A program made the translations under genes and the position numbers. A stretch of DNA of 64,000 nucleotides from Lama guanicoe (taxonomy: Eukaryota), in the NCBI GenBank assembly GCA_013239625.1, contig MU056029.1, forward strand, positions 62,001-126,000. The letters are read 5' to 3'. This document shows, piece by piece, positions 24,626-38,600 of the stretch. The notes under the pieces were generated by a model that worked only from the letters and a program-made list of their open reading frames with translations, did no database searches and was not told where the DNA came from. Each line of letters begins with the position of its first letter. Within the stretch, counting starts at the first letter, position 1.

Positions 24626-25399
24626 ATTTTTTTTATGGGAATAGGAGTTGAGTAGGGTACGCTGCCATAGACAACAGTGGGCCACCCAGACAGGAGGTGC
24701 CTGTCTGAGCACCGAGGGCCGGTTGTTGGGGTCTTTATAAGGTCCGGTCACAAGGTGATCGGCTTGTGCACAAGGCTCTGCTTGGCTGTAGGTGAGGTAA
24801 GGGGTTTAGGGTCCTTGAAGGGTGGTGGGGTTTATGACTCTGATAAACAGGGCTGAAGCAAGCCGGGCTGAGCTATTGTGAGAGTGGGCATTACCTGGGA
24901 CTATTAGTTTGTTCCCAGTTAAGAATGTACTTTATCTGTTGCGGGATCACGGGCAGACATCTGAGAGCCCAGAAACAGGGGTTGTTGGACTTTGAAGGAC
25001 ACCAGTTGGCCCAACATCCCCCCTGACAGATTGGCAGTGACAAATCTTTGGAACAAGGAGGGGTGAGGGTTTGAGAGAGGAAAGGACAGCAGAAGAGGGA
25101 AGACTGCCCTGATGACTCTAGCCTCCAGCTGGAGCTTCCTGTCAAGCCAGAGGGAGACTCCCGTAGGGAGGGGGAGAAAGAAAGGGGAGCCCAAGGGGCT
25201 CGCCGGGAGTCCTAGCCACGTCCCGGCCACCAGGTGTTGTGGGACACTACGGGGTGACCCGTACGGGGACATGGTGATGTGCGTGGGCTTGGTAAAAGAA
25301 TTTACCACATACAGTATGAGAACAGAAAAGGAGTTTACTAGGAGTGCACTGCTGTAGGCAACACCGGGCCACACAGACGAGAGGCACCTGCTGTGAGTG
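24626..25399 (-). mobile_element. L1-processed ERV/LTR-element transcript: R-U5-PBS-218 nt internal-U3-R-polyA
   Basis: Two R copies (~24635-24712 and ~25325-25399), U5 end CAACA at 25235, PBS 25215-25232, PPT AGGGGGGA then U3 start TGTTGG at 25016, TATAAA at 24734-24739, T8 tail 24627-24634, TSD TAAACCTGT at 24617-24625 and 25400-25408. Confidence 0.8.
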
Positions 25400-25419
25400 T
25401 AAACCTGTCCTTTTTTTAA

Positions 25420-26170
25420 AACTGCCTCTGAGTAGCTCCACTTGTGTATCTCTCAGACACTGCAACTAGAACATGACCCAACTGTATTTACATTCCCTCC
25501 AAAACCTGCTCCTCTTTCCTGTAAAGCACACACCACCGCTTCCTACCCAGTGAGTCACCCAAACCAGAAACATGGGAGTGGCCTTTGACGCCTCTGTCCC
25601 CCAAGAATACCTGATCAGTCACCCGGCCCCGGGCCCTAACGTGTCCTGGGTTATCCCCTCCCTTCTGTCCTCAGGCTCTAACGTGCCTTTCTGGGATTAT
25701 GGCAACAGTCTCCTAACTACAGAGACCACGTGGTACGTATGCTCCTCCAGTTCACGCTATAAAACAAAAGATATAAAATGCAAAACTGACGTTTTTACAT
25801 TTTAATATGTACAAAATAAAGTCCAAAGTCCTTGGTATGGCCTCCAGGGCCTCTCATGATCTGATCTGTCTTCCTTTTCAATCCTACCTTGAACCCTCGG
25901 AGCCCTGCTCCCTAGGAACACCGAACACCCTCCCCGTGTCTGCCTGGTACACACCTACCCGTCTGTTAAGATTCAGCTAATCCTTCGCCTTCTATTTGAA
26001 TTTTTTTTGGATCTGAATTCTCTGTCCAAATTGTCTCTTTACATACTTCCATTATTATCCTTCATGGTTTGCACCCATGTTCTGGACTGTTAGATCTTTG
26101 TCCCCGTAAACGACTTCTTAATTGAACAAAGCTGCTCAGAATCAGCAATTGGCATTCAGTTGAGAAACGG
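25420..26170. mobile_element. Degraded LINE-2 fragment
   Basis: L2-like phrases ('ctccacttgtgtatctctcagacac', 'aaagtccaaagtccttggtatggcctccagggccctctcatgatctg'). Confidence 0.5.
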
Positions 26171-27159
26171 TAGATGTTAATGGACAGAAAAAACTTCATA
26201 CTTCAGTTGGAATAGGGCTAGAGGCAGGTCTGAAACCTCCCTTAGACTATCCTAAGTGCACCTAAGTCCTTTCCACAGACTTGCTTTAGTGAACGTGTGT
26301 GTCAGGAAGGCAGAGGGCAGGGGGTGGTGCAGAACAAACGTTTTCTCTTCACAAGTCTGCTCTCTGGCTCTTGGCATTGTTTTCCCAGGGGTGAAATCTC
26401 AGGTCAGGCAGTTTTTCTGGTCACTTTCGGACAGTAAACAAAGCATCTATTTTTCTGGGTATTAAGTCCATACATAGTGAAACATCAAAATGCCACTCTC
26501 TCTCCTGATTGAAAACATGACACCTGCTCAGGCCTTCTCCTTCAGATAGAAGCCTGAAGACAGAGGTGGGGCATCCAGTTTTTTTTTTTTTTTTCCTCTT
26601 CCTCCCTTTCCCTTCTTTCTCACTCAAAAGCTGCTTCTGTCCTTTCTGGAGGGGAGGAAATTAGAGAAGAGGATCCTGTCTTATTTAGTCAGTGAGGTTG
26701 TGTATATAATGGGATACTTAGCCTTCAGGGAGAGATGGAGGTTAATGGCTTTCTTTCATGAAGTAGACTCTACTGGGAACTCCAACTGAGAATCTCTGGC
26801 TTGGCTGGTAGCTTCCAATTTCTCCTCCCTCACAGCTTCGACATTCGGTGGTACTCAGCTGTTGGGTGACTGGCTCCAGTGTAGGAAGCCCACTTGTACA
26901 GAGCCATTTTCAAGATGGCTTATGACCTGTCTCTTCTGATGACCACAGGTGGCCTGTGGGAAACATGCACCTCAGCCTTATGTTTGCTAGATGTGCCCTT
27001 CACGCAGTTGTCACAGGCCCCTTCAGCCATATCTTACCCAAGGACACTTTCTAGAAGAGTCCCCGAGATCTAAGATCATGGGGTCAAAGTGTCTTAAGAA
27101 GATCACAGGATCAAGGTCACAGGTTCATTTGAAACTTGCCACATTAGGAAGAAGGGAAG

Positions 27160-29670
27160 CCTCCCCCACCCCAGACTCATTCTATGAGGCCATACTTATC
27201 CTGCGTCAAAAACAAAGATATAACAAGACGACTGCAGACTACTGTTTCTTATGGACACAGATACAATATTCTAAACAAAATACTAGCAAACCAAACACGA
27301 CAGCATATAAAAAGGCTTGTGTACCATGGGCATGCAGGGTTATCCCAGGAATGCAAGGCTGATACAATACAATACAACCAAAATCCCTCAATGTGTACAC
27401 CTTGTTAAGAGGATAAAGGACAAAAGCCACATGACTATCTTAATAGACGTAGAAGCAGCACGTGAAAAATCCAATATCCTTTCTTGATAAAAACACTCAA
27501 CAAATTAGGAATAGAAGGAAATTTCCTCAACCTGAAGCATCTATGAAAAACCCACTGCTAGTATCACACTTAGTGGTGAAAGACTGAATACTTTCCTCCA
27601 AAAATCAGGACTAAGGCAGAGACACCTTTTCTTGCCACTTCTGTTCAATACTGTACTAGAAGTACTGGCCAGAGTACTTAGAAAAGAAAAAGAATCCAGA
27701 GTGAAAAGAAAGAAGTAAAACTATTTCTATCTGTAGATGCATAATCTTGTATACAGATAATCTGAAGGAGTAAAAAAAATTTTTTAAACTAATAAATTAA
27801 TTCAGAAAACCTGCAAGGTAAAAGATCAATACATAAAAATTGATTGTATTTTATATACACCAGCAGTGAACAATCCAGAAATGAAATTGAGAAAACAATT
27901 GTTTATAATAGCATCAAAAAGAATAAAACACTTAAGAAAATATTTAACCAAAGAAATCAAGGCTTGTACACTGAAATCTATAAAACATCAATAAAAAAAA
28001 TTAAATGCAAAGACAGCATGTTGATTAATTGGAAACTTATATATAATCAAACTAGCAATATTCTCCAAATTGGTCTATAGATTCAACACAATCCCTATCA
28101 AAATCCTGAGCTGTCCGTTTTGTAGAAACTGATAAGCTGATCCTAAAATTCAAATGGAACTGTAAGGGACCCAGAATAGCCAAAATGACCTTGAAAAAGA
28201 ACAGTTGGAAGACTCACACATCCCAAATTCAAAACTTACTACGAAGCTATAGTAATCAAGACAATGCACTATTGGCATAAAGACTGACATATAGATCAGT
28301 GGAATGAAACTGAGAGTCCAGAAAAAAAGTCTTGTATTTATGGTCAATTATTTCTGCCAACACCATTCATGGGGAAATTAGAGTCTTTGAACAACTGATG
28401 CTTGGACAACTGAACACCCACATGTCAAAGAATGAAGTTGGACTCCTACAATGCACTATATGCAAAAATGATTAAAGACCTAAACATAAGAGCCAAAATT
28501 ATAAGACACTTAAAAAAAAGATATAAATCTTTGTGACTTGAATTAGGCAATGATTTTTTTTTTAAGATATGACACCAAAAGCAAAAATAACCAAAAAAAA
28601 AAAAAAAAAAAAANNNNNNNNNNNNNNNNNNNNNNNNNNNNNNNNNNNNNNNNNNNNNNAAAAATAACCAAAAAAAAAAAAAGAAAGGTATTTTGGACAT
28701 CACCAAAATTAAAATCTTTTGTACTTCAAAAAAGACCATCAATAAAATGAAAATACTATTCAAAGAATGGGAGAGAAGATTTGCAAATAACTTATCTGGC
28801 AAGAGACTTACATCTAGAATAAAGAACTCAATAATAAAAAGACAGTCCAATCCAAAAAATGGGGTAAAGTTCTGAATAGACATTTCTCTAAAGATGACCC
28901 AATGGGCAAAAGCACATGAAAAGATGCTCAACACCATTAGTTATTAGGAAAATGCAAATCAAAACCGTGGGATACTACTTCACTCCTTCTAGGATGGCCA
29001 GAATCAAAGTCAGATAATAATGTGGGCCGGGATGTAGAGAAATTAGAACTCATCCACACTGCTGGCGGGGATATGAAATAGTGCATCCCCTTTGGAAAAC
29101 AGTTTGCCAGTTTCTCAGAAGAAGTAGGCATATGACCCAGCACAACTCCACCCCTATATATACAAGCAAGAGAAGTAAAAACTCATGTCCACATACAAAC
29201 TTGTACACAGCATCCATCGCAGTAGTATGCACAGTAGCCGGAAGTGAAAACCACAAGTCACTGACAAATGAATTAACAAAACTATGGTACAACAATGCAA
29301 TGAAATATTACTCAGCCATAAAAGCAGCACTGACACAATGTAAATGCACCTTGAAAACAGTGCTCTAAGTGAAAAAAGCCAGACACAAAAGGCCACATAT
29401 TGTAGGATTCTACTGATATGAAATGTCCCAATGTGCAAATCTATAGACAGAAAGCACCTAAGTAGATTAGTGGTGAGGGCTTGGAGGGTGGGGAGAGAGA
29501 GTCACTTCCAATGGGTACAAGATTTTTTTTGTTTTGTTTCTTGGCAGTGATTTAAAAGCCTTGGAATTATATAATGGTGATGGCTGCACAATTTTGTGAA
29601 TACTCCTAAAAGCCATTAACTATATACTTTAAAAGGGTGAATTTTGTTATGATTATGCTAATTTAAAAAA
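27160..29670 (+). mobile_element. Old LINE-1 (ORF2 RT to 3' UTR), frameshifted, containing an assembly gap
   Basis: Fragments 'SFYEAIL', 'ILNKILAN', 'VIPGMQG', 'EWERRFAN', 'PLWKTVCQFL' and an L1MB/MC-type 3' UTR ending in A-rich sequence near 29670. Confidence 0.88.
28614..28659. other. Assembly gap (46 N)
   Basis: Run of N between poly(A) tracts. Confidence 1.
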
Positions 29671-32327
29671 CAAAGATGAGAAAGCACCCCTCCCCCATTT
29701 TAAGGTGGACAAGGGTCAACTCCTGTAAAAGAAATCACTACAAACATCTCAAACCTCCCTATGGATTCCCTCTTCTGTCTTGCAATAGGCTGTTTAGCGT
29801 CTGTATCTCAACTTGACGGAGTCCTAGTGACTAGCAGTGAGGTAGGCCTGGATATGATAATGCAAGCTGGGGAAGGGCAGGCCCAGGACGGAGACCCAGT
29901 CATCAGGGCACTGCTGACCAGACACATGCCCATCCCATTTTCTGTGGTTTCCTGGAGACTGGAAGATAGCTAGGATAATTATTCCAGGTCCTGTTCAGCT
30001 GAACCTGAGAATCCTGATTGAAGGGTCAATTTGTAGCAATGGTTATAAGGTTCTGGCAAAACAGACATTCCTCATGGCGAGTACTTCATTTAATATGAAA
30101 AGCACAGTATTTGGCAGAGCATTGCTTCTTGACACAAGGGGTTGGCAACAGCAGGATAGTGTGGGACACCTGCTTCCATCTCCACTGGGAGAGGAGTGTA
30201 GCCACAGAGAGGCTAGCTGCAGACCCCTGGTTGCCAGAGCACATCCAAACAGCAGGACTGGGGAAGCCAAAAATCCTGCTTTCAAGGACTTTGTCCTTTC
30301 CATTCTTCCCTGGGAGTAATCTATCTTTTCACGGGCTGAAATGTCAGAGCCAGTTATCCTGGGGAGCCACCTCCTCCAAAAGCCGAGTCCTTTAGCCATG
30401 GAATATTCAAATATTTAAAAATAAAAATCTTTTAGGGGGAGGAGAGAGGAGAGAGAAGAGACAGAAGACAGGGGCCATCTAGTGAAAAAAAGAAAAGCTT
30501 CATTTTACATTCTACTGCACGCTGAGTCATTTTCAATCATTCATCAGGTGGTGACTGACAAACTAGTGGAAAAAGAATCCTTTAACAAAGTCATCATGCA
30601 ACTATTCTATGGGAGAGGCACAAAGATAAACAATCTTCACCACGAATCTTCTCACGTGCCAGGCAGTGGTTATGGGGGGAAAAAACCCTAGTGCCTCCTC
30701 ACTGTTCGAACGTGCCCCACCATGCTGTACCACCACAGAAGTGCAGGTTGTCATTTGGTTAGAGAGACTGTGAGGGTCGATGAAGTCTTTATGGGTGAGG
30801 GGCATGGGGTCAGGGCCTGAAAGGAAGTATGATGAAGGGGGAATGACTGGTGAGATCTGAAGGGGAAATAATTGATACAAGCTGTTGACAACTGAGGGAT
30901 GGAGGATTCCCATGACAGTTGAAAGTGATGCCTTTAAGGAAGAAACGATAAACAGTAGGAAGAGATACAAGAGTTTCTTTTTAAGTGTACTGACTTGGAG
31001 GGGTCAGAAAGACATCCTAGGGGCAGAGACTGAGCAGAAGCATGGATTTGGTGAATAAGCTTTAGGAGTGGTTAAGGCTGACCTGACAGAATTGAGCAAG
31101 TTCAGACCACGACTTTTAAGCAGAATTATAGCAGTATCCATCCAGCTGAGAAAAAGGGCAGTCAGGGTGCAGCTGAACCAGGTTCACGGCACTGCCGAGG
31201 TTAGAGCTCTTGCCGGCTGCGTCTTTGAGGAGAGCGTTTTCAGCGGTGCAGCAGCGGGTTAGCAGCATGTCACGGAGAGGCACCTGCACCAGTCTTCCTG
31301 CAGTGGTTTAACAAGTGCCAGCCTACTGGACTTAAATAGGGAAGGAGGAAGTCTCGGAGCTCCACTTGTAACACTCTTCAGCCGCCCCAGGAAATTCTTC
31401 ATAGACTAACCCCGCAGGTAAAAGACGACAAGAGAGGTAGACGTTATGGTTTTGAGTTCTCAGGTGGCTCAGGGAAGGTAGAGATGGTCCTCAGAGGCTG
31501 GTAACAGGTCAAAGGATGTATTTACGATAAACAGGTAAGGGAGGCATCACTACAGATAGAGGAGCCTTGGGAAGAGACATTCCTTCCCCTGACAGTTTGC
31601 ATGAAATTCTAGAGGAAACCCTCTGAAGGGGTCTGAAATCCCAGTGGTCGTTTTCTTGATGGGAACAGAGGGTGATGCTGCCAGTTGCAACCATCTGCCA
31701 TTGCTAATAAGGTATCTGTGCCAATGGGGGAATGAACACCACCAGCAAGCTGTTTGAAGCCTGATTCCATTTATCTCCCTACACAGGTATGTATCGCAAA
31801 ATAAAGCTAGGGAAGCTAGTTGGACTTGTCACATAATTAAGCACAGCGCAGGCAAGTATGTAGGGCAGAAACTCCAACTCACTTGCTGAAGCTGCCAGGC
31901 CCAGAAAAGCTTGGCTCCGGGCCGTTTTTACATTGTTCAAGTTTGGAATTTGCTATAATAATGCTATGTAAGAGAAAGTTTGTATTTTATTTGGGAAACC
32001 AATTATTTTAGTTTATGGTCATTTTTCTTCCCCCAGGGCTTCCTGGAGATTGTGGGCTGAGTCACAGAACACCAAAATATGTAAGAGAGTATCCAGGCAA
32101 AAAAATATTTTATCCCGTGACGTTTGGGGTGGAGGGGAGTACTATACCCAAAATTCCTAGCCTTTCCCTCCTCCTGAAGACACTGTTCAGTGACAGTCTA
32201 GTAAGCAGCAGTGAAAAAGAGGCAATGAGAAGTGGTAACATACGCAGGATGATGGTTACTGAGCAAGTGAGGACAGTTAGTCTAGACAACCAATGAATTT
32301 TCGTCTTAAAATATTTTGAAGGGTAGG

Positions 32328-32347
32328 TTTATTTTCAACTGTTTATT
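32328..32347 (-). terminator. UBE3A: Tandem AATAAA polyadenylation signals, candidate distal end of UBE3A 3' UTR
   Basis: TTTATT on + at 32328-32333 and 32342-32347, ~2 kb downstream of the stop codon. Confidence 0.55.
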
Positions 32348-33492
32348 TGATATGAATTCTATTATGTGATAACCTATACTCAATTCATTCAAAAACTTCA
32401 CAGATGTTATTACAATTGCAGGACTTCAATACTGTAGTGATAATAAAACTTGAGAACCAAAGGACACAAATTTCTTCACGAATTTATTATATAAAACGCC
32501 CCCAGAGCATCCGATTTCTCTTCTTCTCATTTTCATTACACACAAGCAGCACAGGGATGAGAGGCCCTTTAAGATGACGCAGTAGCATGAGGGTCCCTTG
32601 CATCAAGGTAGTGTACGTATCTCAACAGTGTCCTAAAGGCTGGCCCAGAAAAACCCCATGTTACCTCACCACAATATGGAAAGCATTGTCATCTTTTTCT
32701 ACTAATTACGGTGAAAAATGTCACTGTTTTATTTAGCATTATGGTACATAACAGTTCTGTCTCAATTACTAAAAGAATTAAAATAATTGTGAAAGACATC
32801 CTCTTTCCTCCTCCAGTGATTTGAAAGCTGTATTTTGCCTGCCAATTTCAAACAAATCCGATTGATCTGTTGCAGTCAGTTAAAACAATCATCGAGGCAC
32901 AAGCTCAGCACACTGGCTGCAGCTTGTAGTAAAAGGATATAGCAATATGTCTCTCCTTAGTTAAAAATACATAATCCTTTTATTTTATATTGCAATAAAA
33001 GAAATTAACATCACAGACACAGAAGACTAGAAAGGGGAAACTACTTTCTTCTGAATGTCCACTAATTTATACCTACTCGTACTTTTTCCACAGTACATGA
33101 AAGTAATATTTAACACGTACTTTTTGAAATAAAATTTAATCTTTGGGGATAGACAATGTAATAGGACTTAAAAAGTAATAGTTCCGTTCGTTTCCAGGTC
33201 TGCTTACTGTCTGATTAGGTAAAACAAGGCACAGAAGCCACCCTTTCCTTTATGTTCCAACACTGATCGAGTGCCTTGATAAAACGGCTGATTAGACGAG
33301 CTGATGGCAACGTGAAGGGAAGACTTTGGATTGTCTATTTAAAATGAGGGTAAGAAGCAATTATAGAAAATTTATTTTAAGTGCACTTTCACATGCTTTA
33401 TGTTTATAATACACAACAAACTTCCTAACTTTCCTGCAAAAGGCTTGACTATCATTTCTTTTGGCCAAATGCACTTTTCCCCAGTAAACTTA

Positions 33493-33493
<1 letters not shown>

Positions 33494-33525
<32 letters not shown>
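33494..33525. repeat. (AAC)10 microsatellite in the UBE3A 3' UTR
   Basis: aacaacaac... read directly. Confidence 0.95.
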
Positions 33526-34314
33526 ATCCCTGTCCTTTCAGACACTGAGGAAGGGGATCGGCTACTCAGACAGCTCACTGCAAGACACATGAAGACGACA
33601 CACTGCGGCATGAGTTGTTTCAACCTGTTGTGCTGTTACTAAAGGAAAGTTCTGAGGGCTGCACTTAAACATTCCAAGGTCTCCCTTCCGTCTTTATTGA
33701 TTTTAAGATTTTTGCACAGAAAACTCTTTGGGGACTAGAACAGCAGCAATTGCATCACACTGTTTTCAAGACTTCAAGTTTCAAAAGCAAATTGTTTAAA
33801 AAAAAATACAGCTCCTGATTTGAGTTAGATACAGGGACAAAAATAGCACATACTTGAAAGTTACATGGTCTACAAATGGTGGCAATATTTTCCTTGGGAG
33901 AGTAGTTTGTTGGTATATATTTTTTAAATACGCAAAAAGGCTCAACCTCAAGCAGTAATAAACACAAGCAAAAGTGATTTAACCCTTAAAATAAATATTC
34001 AGAAAACCTCTCTGTACATACAAGTGAAAGAATAAGTAACACTTTCACGCAAAAAATAATAATAATAATAAAGGATTTGTTCATATAAGTAGCTGAAATC
34101 TGCTGTTCCAGCCCACATATCCCCAATAAAGAAGGAGGCACAGACGTGGGTGACTACTGCGGTTCACTATGTTACAGCCTTTTTGTACTGGGACAACATC
34201 ACCACCAATTTTATCCCTCTTGTTACATTTACTAAAATTTTGAGTTTCTTTTTTTCCTTTTTTCTTTTTTTCCCTTTTTTTTCTTTTTCTTTTCTTTTCT
34301 TTCTTTTCTTTTTT

Positions 34315-34584
<270 letters not shown>

Positions 34585-35406
34585 TTATCTGTAAGTCACT
34601 CAGTGCTAGTGATGAGGATGGTGACTGATGATGGCAACATCCTGCCCCCACAGACTTATTACTATACCCCAGGGAATGTTTTAGGTGCTCATTTAACTAA
34701 ATTTTTTCACAATAAACCTACAGAGTGAGTATCAGCTTCCCCACTACAGAGTTGAAGTTACCGAGAAGTCAAGTAACTCACTCTAAAGTGAAGATGATGT
34801 TTAAACCTTATTTTCAGAATTTCAAGGTCTGGTCCATATTTTTTTAATGTTTATTAGAAATATTCCTGTATGACTATGTAAATGATCTGACAACAATTAA
34901 ATTTACATTAATACCAAGTAATATTAAATATGTGTATAGAAAACTAGCAGAAATGCTGCTATACATGCAAACCATCAGATACACTGCTGCTCACGGACGG
35001 TCCCCACGCACTCAATGTGCTAACCGTACAATGGAGAGAAAACACAGATACAAGGGTCATGAAACTGGAGATTCTAGCATAGTCTAGGGGTGAACAACCT
35101 TCTGCGCCTCAATCTGACTTTCTAAGTAGATTACATACTATGGCTTTCATATAAAAAATTCTCAACCAAAAACTGAATGAATCATACCAATTTGCAAAAT
35201 TCCAAATCAAGTGAACTCCATGGTAATTTTTAACTAGGCCAGTGTTTAAAAATTTTCCTCAAACATTAGCAGCAAAATATTCTCTGAACCTAACATTTTG
35301 TGTGATTGGAGACTTCTATAAAAAACTGCAAAAGTGTTCAGAAGCTTCTGCACAGTGCACATGTGTGATATGGAATGCAGGGTTTTCAGTCACAGGTTAA
35401 CAATTA

Positions 35407-35634
<228 letters not shown>

Positions 35635-38600
35635 TCAAAATCATAGCAGGAAAACAACCTGGAAGTTAAGACCAGGTACTCTGAAGATTCACTCCTGGTG
35701 ATCTAGGACCTAGGAATTCACTAACGCAAATTTATCATAAGGAAACAGTTTTTTAAAGCATAAAGGCTTATGTTCATCATTACATTATCTACAACAGTAA
35801 AATGGGTAAATCTTAGTGTCCAACAAAAGGAAATAATTATGTAAACTATGGCATATTCACAATACATAATCATATACAAAAAACAAAATCCAAAACCAAA
35901 TCCTATGAATTGAAGATGACTGAAAGGAAATATGTACTCTGAAAAATTAACTCTAGATGTCTTCAGGTATGCATATTTTATTTACCCCTCCTCTTTTATT
36001 GTCTCTGTCTATTCATACCTTACTCATCTTTGGGGGAAAAGGTGATACAGATTAAGGACAAAAGAAATGGGGGGAAAAAGAAAAAAAGCAAAGACAATCC
36101 ACACACCTAGAAGTAGTAATACAGACGTATACAACTTTGGTATAAACTAGAACATTTTTATCCAGTGTGTGCTGGGGGGGAGGGGGTGCTGTTAAGGATT
36201 ATTGTATTTTTGCCATATGCAGTTATTTTAAGAGAATAATTTAATCTCTAACATTCCTAAAATCTGTGTGATAAAAAGTCTTGTTATAATGACGCTGGTT
36301 ACATTTACTCTAAAAACAAAATACAAACACATTAAAAGCAATCTTGGCATGCTTATTTGAATAATAAAATACCATAAATTTAATACATACACTAATTCTC
36401 ACCTAAAATTTTCCAAGATTTTAGAAAACAATTAAAGACACTTCTAATTGATGAAAGAATGCATTTTAGTATTATTTGAAAAATTCTTTCCAGAACCCTG
36501 GCAGAGAATGTCACTTCCTACAGAGAATGTCCACTTCCTACATCCCTAATTACAATTCTAATTTTTGATTTTCTAGTATTCCAGTATATAATTTCTATTA
36601 CCAAAGTGCTGGTATTTTTGTCAGTGCAATGCCATTATTTCTGACATAGGTTTATTAACTTTATTAGAATTCTTGGCTCTCTGCAATGTCTTGCTACTTC
36701 CCTTCCCTGACACTCTAATATCCTCCCCATCCTTCAGTTCTGCAAATCCCCCATACTCAGAGAAAATAATAAAGAAAACAAAAACAAACAAAAAAGGAAA
36801 TGGGACATGGAACGTACAGGCACATCTCTCAGTAAGGAGAGAAATCGTACCACAGTTTATGTCATTGCTTTTGGGTATCTGGCAAGAAAAAGCAAGTCTG
36901 CTGTAGCCCAGAGCCCTTTGTCAGGGCAGAAAACCTCCTCACCCTGCAGGAGTGTTCTGAAGCCTAAATAAATCAGCCACACCTGAAGGGGTGGACCAGC
37001 GGGTGCCACGGCAGACAGACCCTGAAGGAAGCAGCAGACCGTCAGTGCTCACTGTGACCAGTCCAGCTGTGACCAGACCAGTACACCATGTTATTAAGGT
37101 ACTGTTTTCTTGGTTCTTTCTAAAAAATTAGAACTTAAAATACTGGGATTACTATCAGTTTATACAATGAAAACACTAAGCAAAATTCTTCTCTTCCTGT
37201 AAGTGTTATGTTCTACACATTAAAATTCTGAATTAAGGATGCAACTAGAAAACTGAAAATGAAAAAAAGCAGCTTCTGCATTTTTCCACTAAAGTGATAG
37301 CTGCATAGATCACATCGCATTCACATCTCTTAAAACCTACCCAGTACAAAGAGAGAAAAATCCAGTAAATACACCCATAATCTATGCCTAAGTTAAAACC
37401 AGAAACACAAGAGCAGCAAACTCCAACTGACATGTGAAGTGGAGTTTCTATATATAGATGAGCCCACACAGGCAGAGTCCAGCAGGTGCCGTGTGGAAGA
37501 GCAGGGTGTGCAGAGTAACACGGGCCAGGGGTCACTCCAGACGGGCACAGCCCCACTCCAGGGGCAGGTAGAAAGAGCACTGGCGGCTGGAAAGTACCCT
37601 GGACCAAAACTGACAGTCTCACAAAGACACCATGCCCCGAGAGGGGACAGGGGACAGCCCGGGAAGCAGAGGTGTCCCTTGAAAGTAGCTTCTGGTTGTA
37701 AAGGGATGAAAGCAGCTGATGAAACTGGCCCTATTTAGACAGGAGGTGGTGGGCCACACAAACATACATGAGACTCAGTGAGAGATGGACAAATCTGAAA
37801 TACAAATGAGAATACCCAAAATATTCAAGAAATACGCAAAATAAACTTGGAAGCAAGGCTAATTTATATGGTGACCAAAGGAGAAGCAATATGACTAAAA
37901 TTTCTACTATGGAGATAGAGGTCAGAAAAAAAAAAGTATGAAAAATATTGAAGAAATACACACCAGCATAGAATAACTTCTAATTCTAGACTCTATTTAA
38001 TGACTTAATATTTTCCTATTACTTGACAAAACTAAGAAGTTGAATTTTATTTTAAGATTTTTTAGAATGTCATCAACTGTGAGAGTAAGTTAGAAGCCAC
38101 TATATGCCCGTCATTTCACTAGTCTGCCCTTCAAACCACACACTCACGTATGCTCTTAAGATGATTATGTGTCAAGTAGGATTACATGATTATGAAAGAA
38201 GTAAAATTAAGACCTTAATTTAAAAAATAATTTCTCCATAAAAAACAGCACAAGGTATCTTCAACTAGTCTCAGAAATATTAAGATGCAGCAAGGTCATA
38301 ACTATCTGCAATCAACCGTATCACTGACAGAGACGCTGCTGTGGTAATACTGTGATTCACAAGTAAGGTCACCCTATCACATCATCTCAACGCTGTTATG
38401 GATCACCTTTGAAACTTCAAGTAAGTAGCAGAAAAGTGGTTGCTAAATATAAATAATTTCACAACTGCTACTAGAAATGACCAACGGTGTGCTAAAAGGA
38501 AGAAATACCCAGTAACCTCCTACAAACCAGAATGAAGGACAAAATAAAAGAAAACAATTTAACAAAATAAAACAACGTATTATTTATTTCTAGGTACAAC

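Larger units (their letters stand above)
32310..34314 (-). other. UBE3A: UBE3A 3' UTR (approximate end)
   Basis: Follows TAA at 34315-34317; A-rich tract immediately after the stop; no obvious interspersed repeats; ends near paired AATAAA. Confidence 0.65.

Noticed and set aside
28583..28683. AAAAATAACCAAAAAAAA duplicated on both sides of the N gap, resembling a TSD
   Set aside because: Most simply an unmerged contig overlap at a poly(A) tract; gap content is unknown.
33372..33642. Poly-Gln and poly-Cys ORFs
   Set aside because: Translations of the (AAC)n microsatellite in the UBE3A 3' UTR.
36502..36540. 19/20-bp tandem duplication cagagaatgtc(c)acttccta
   Set aside because: Simple local slippage in an intron with no insert between copies.
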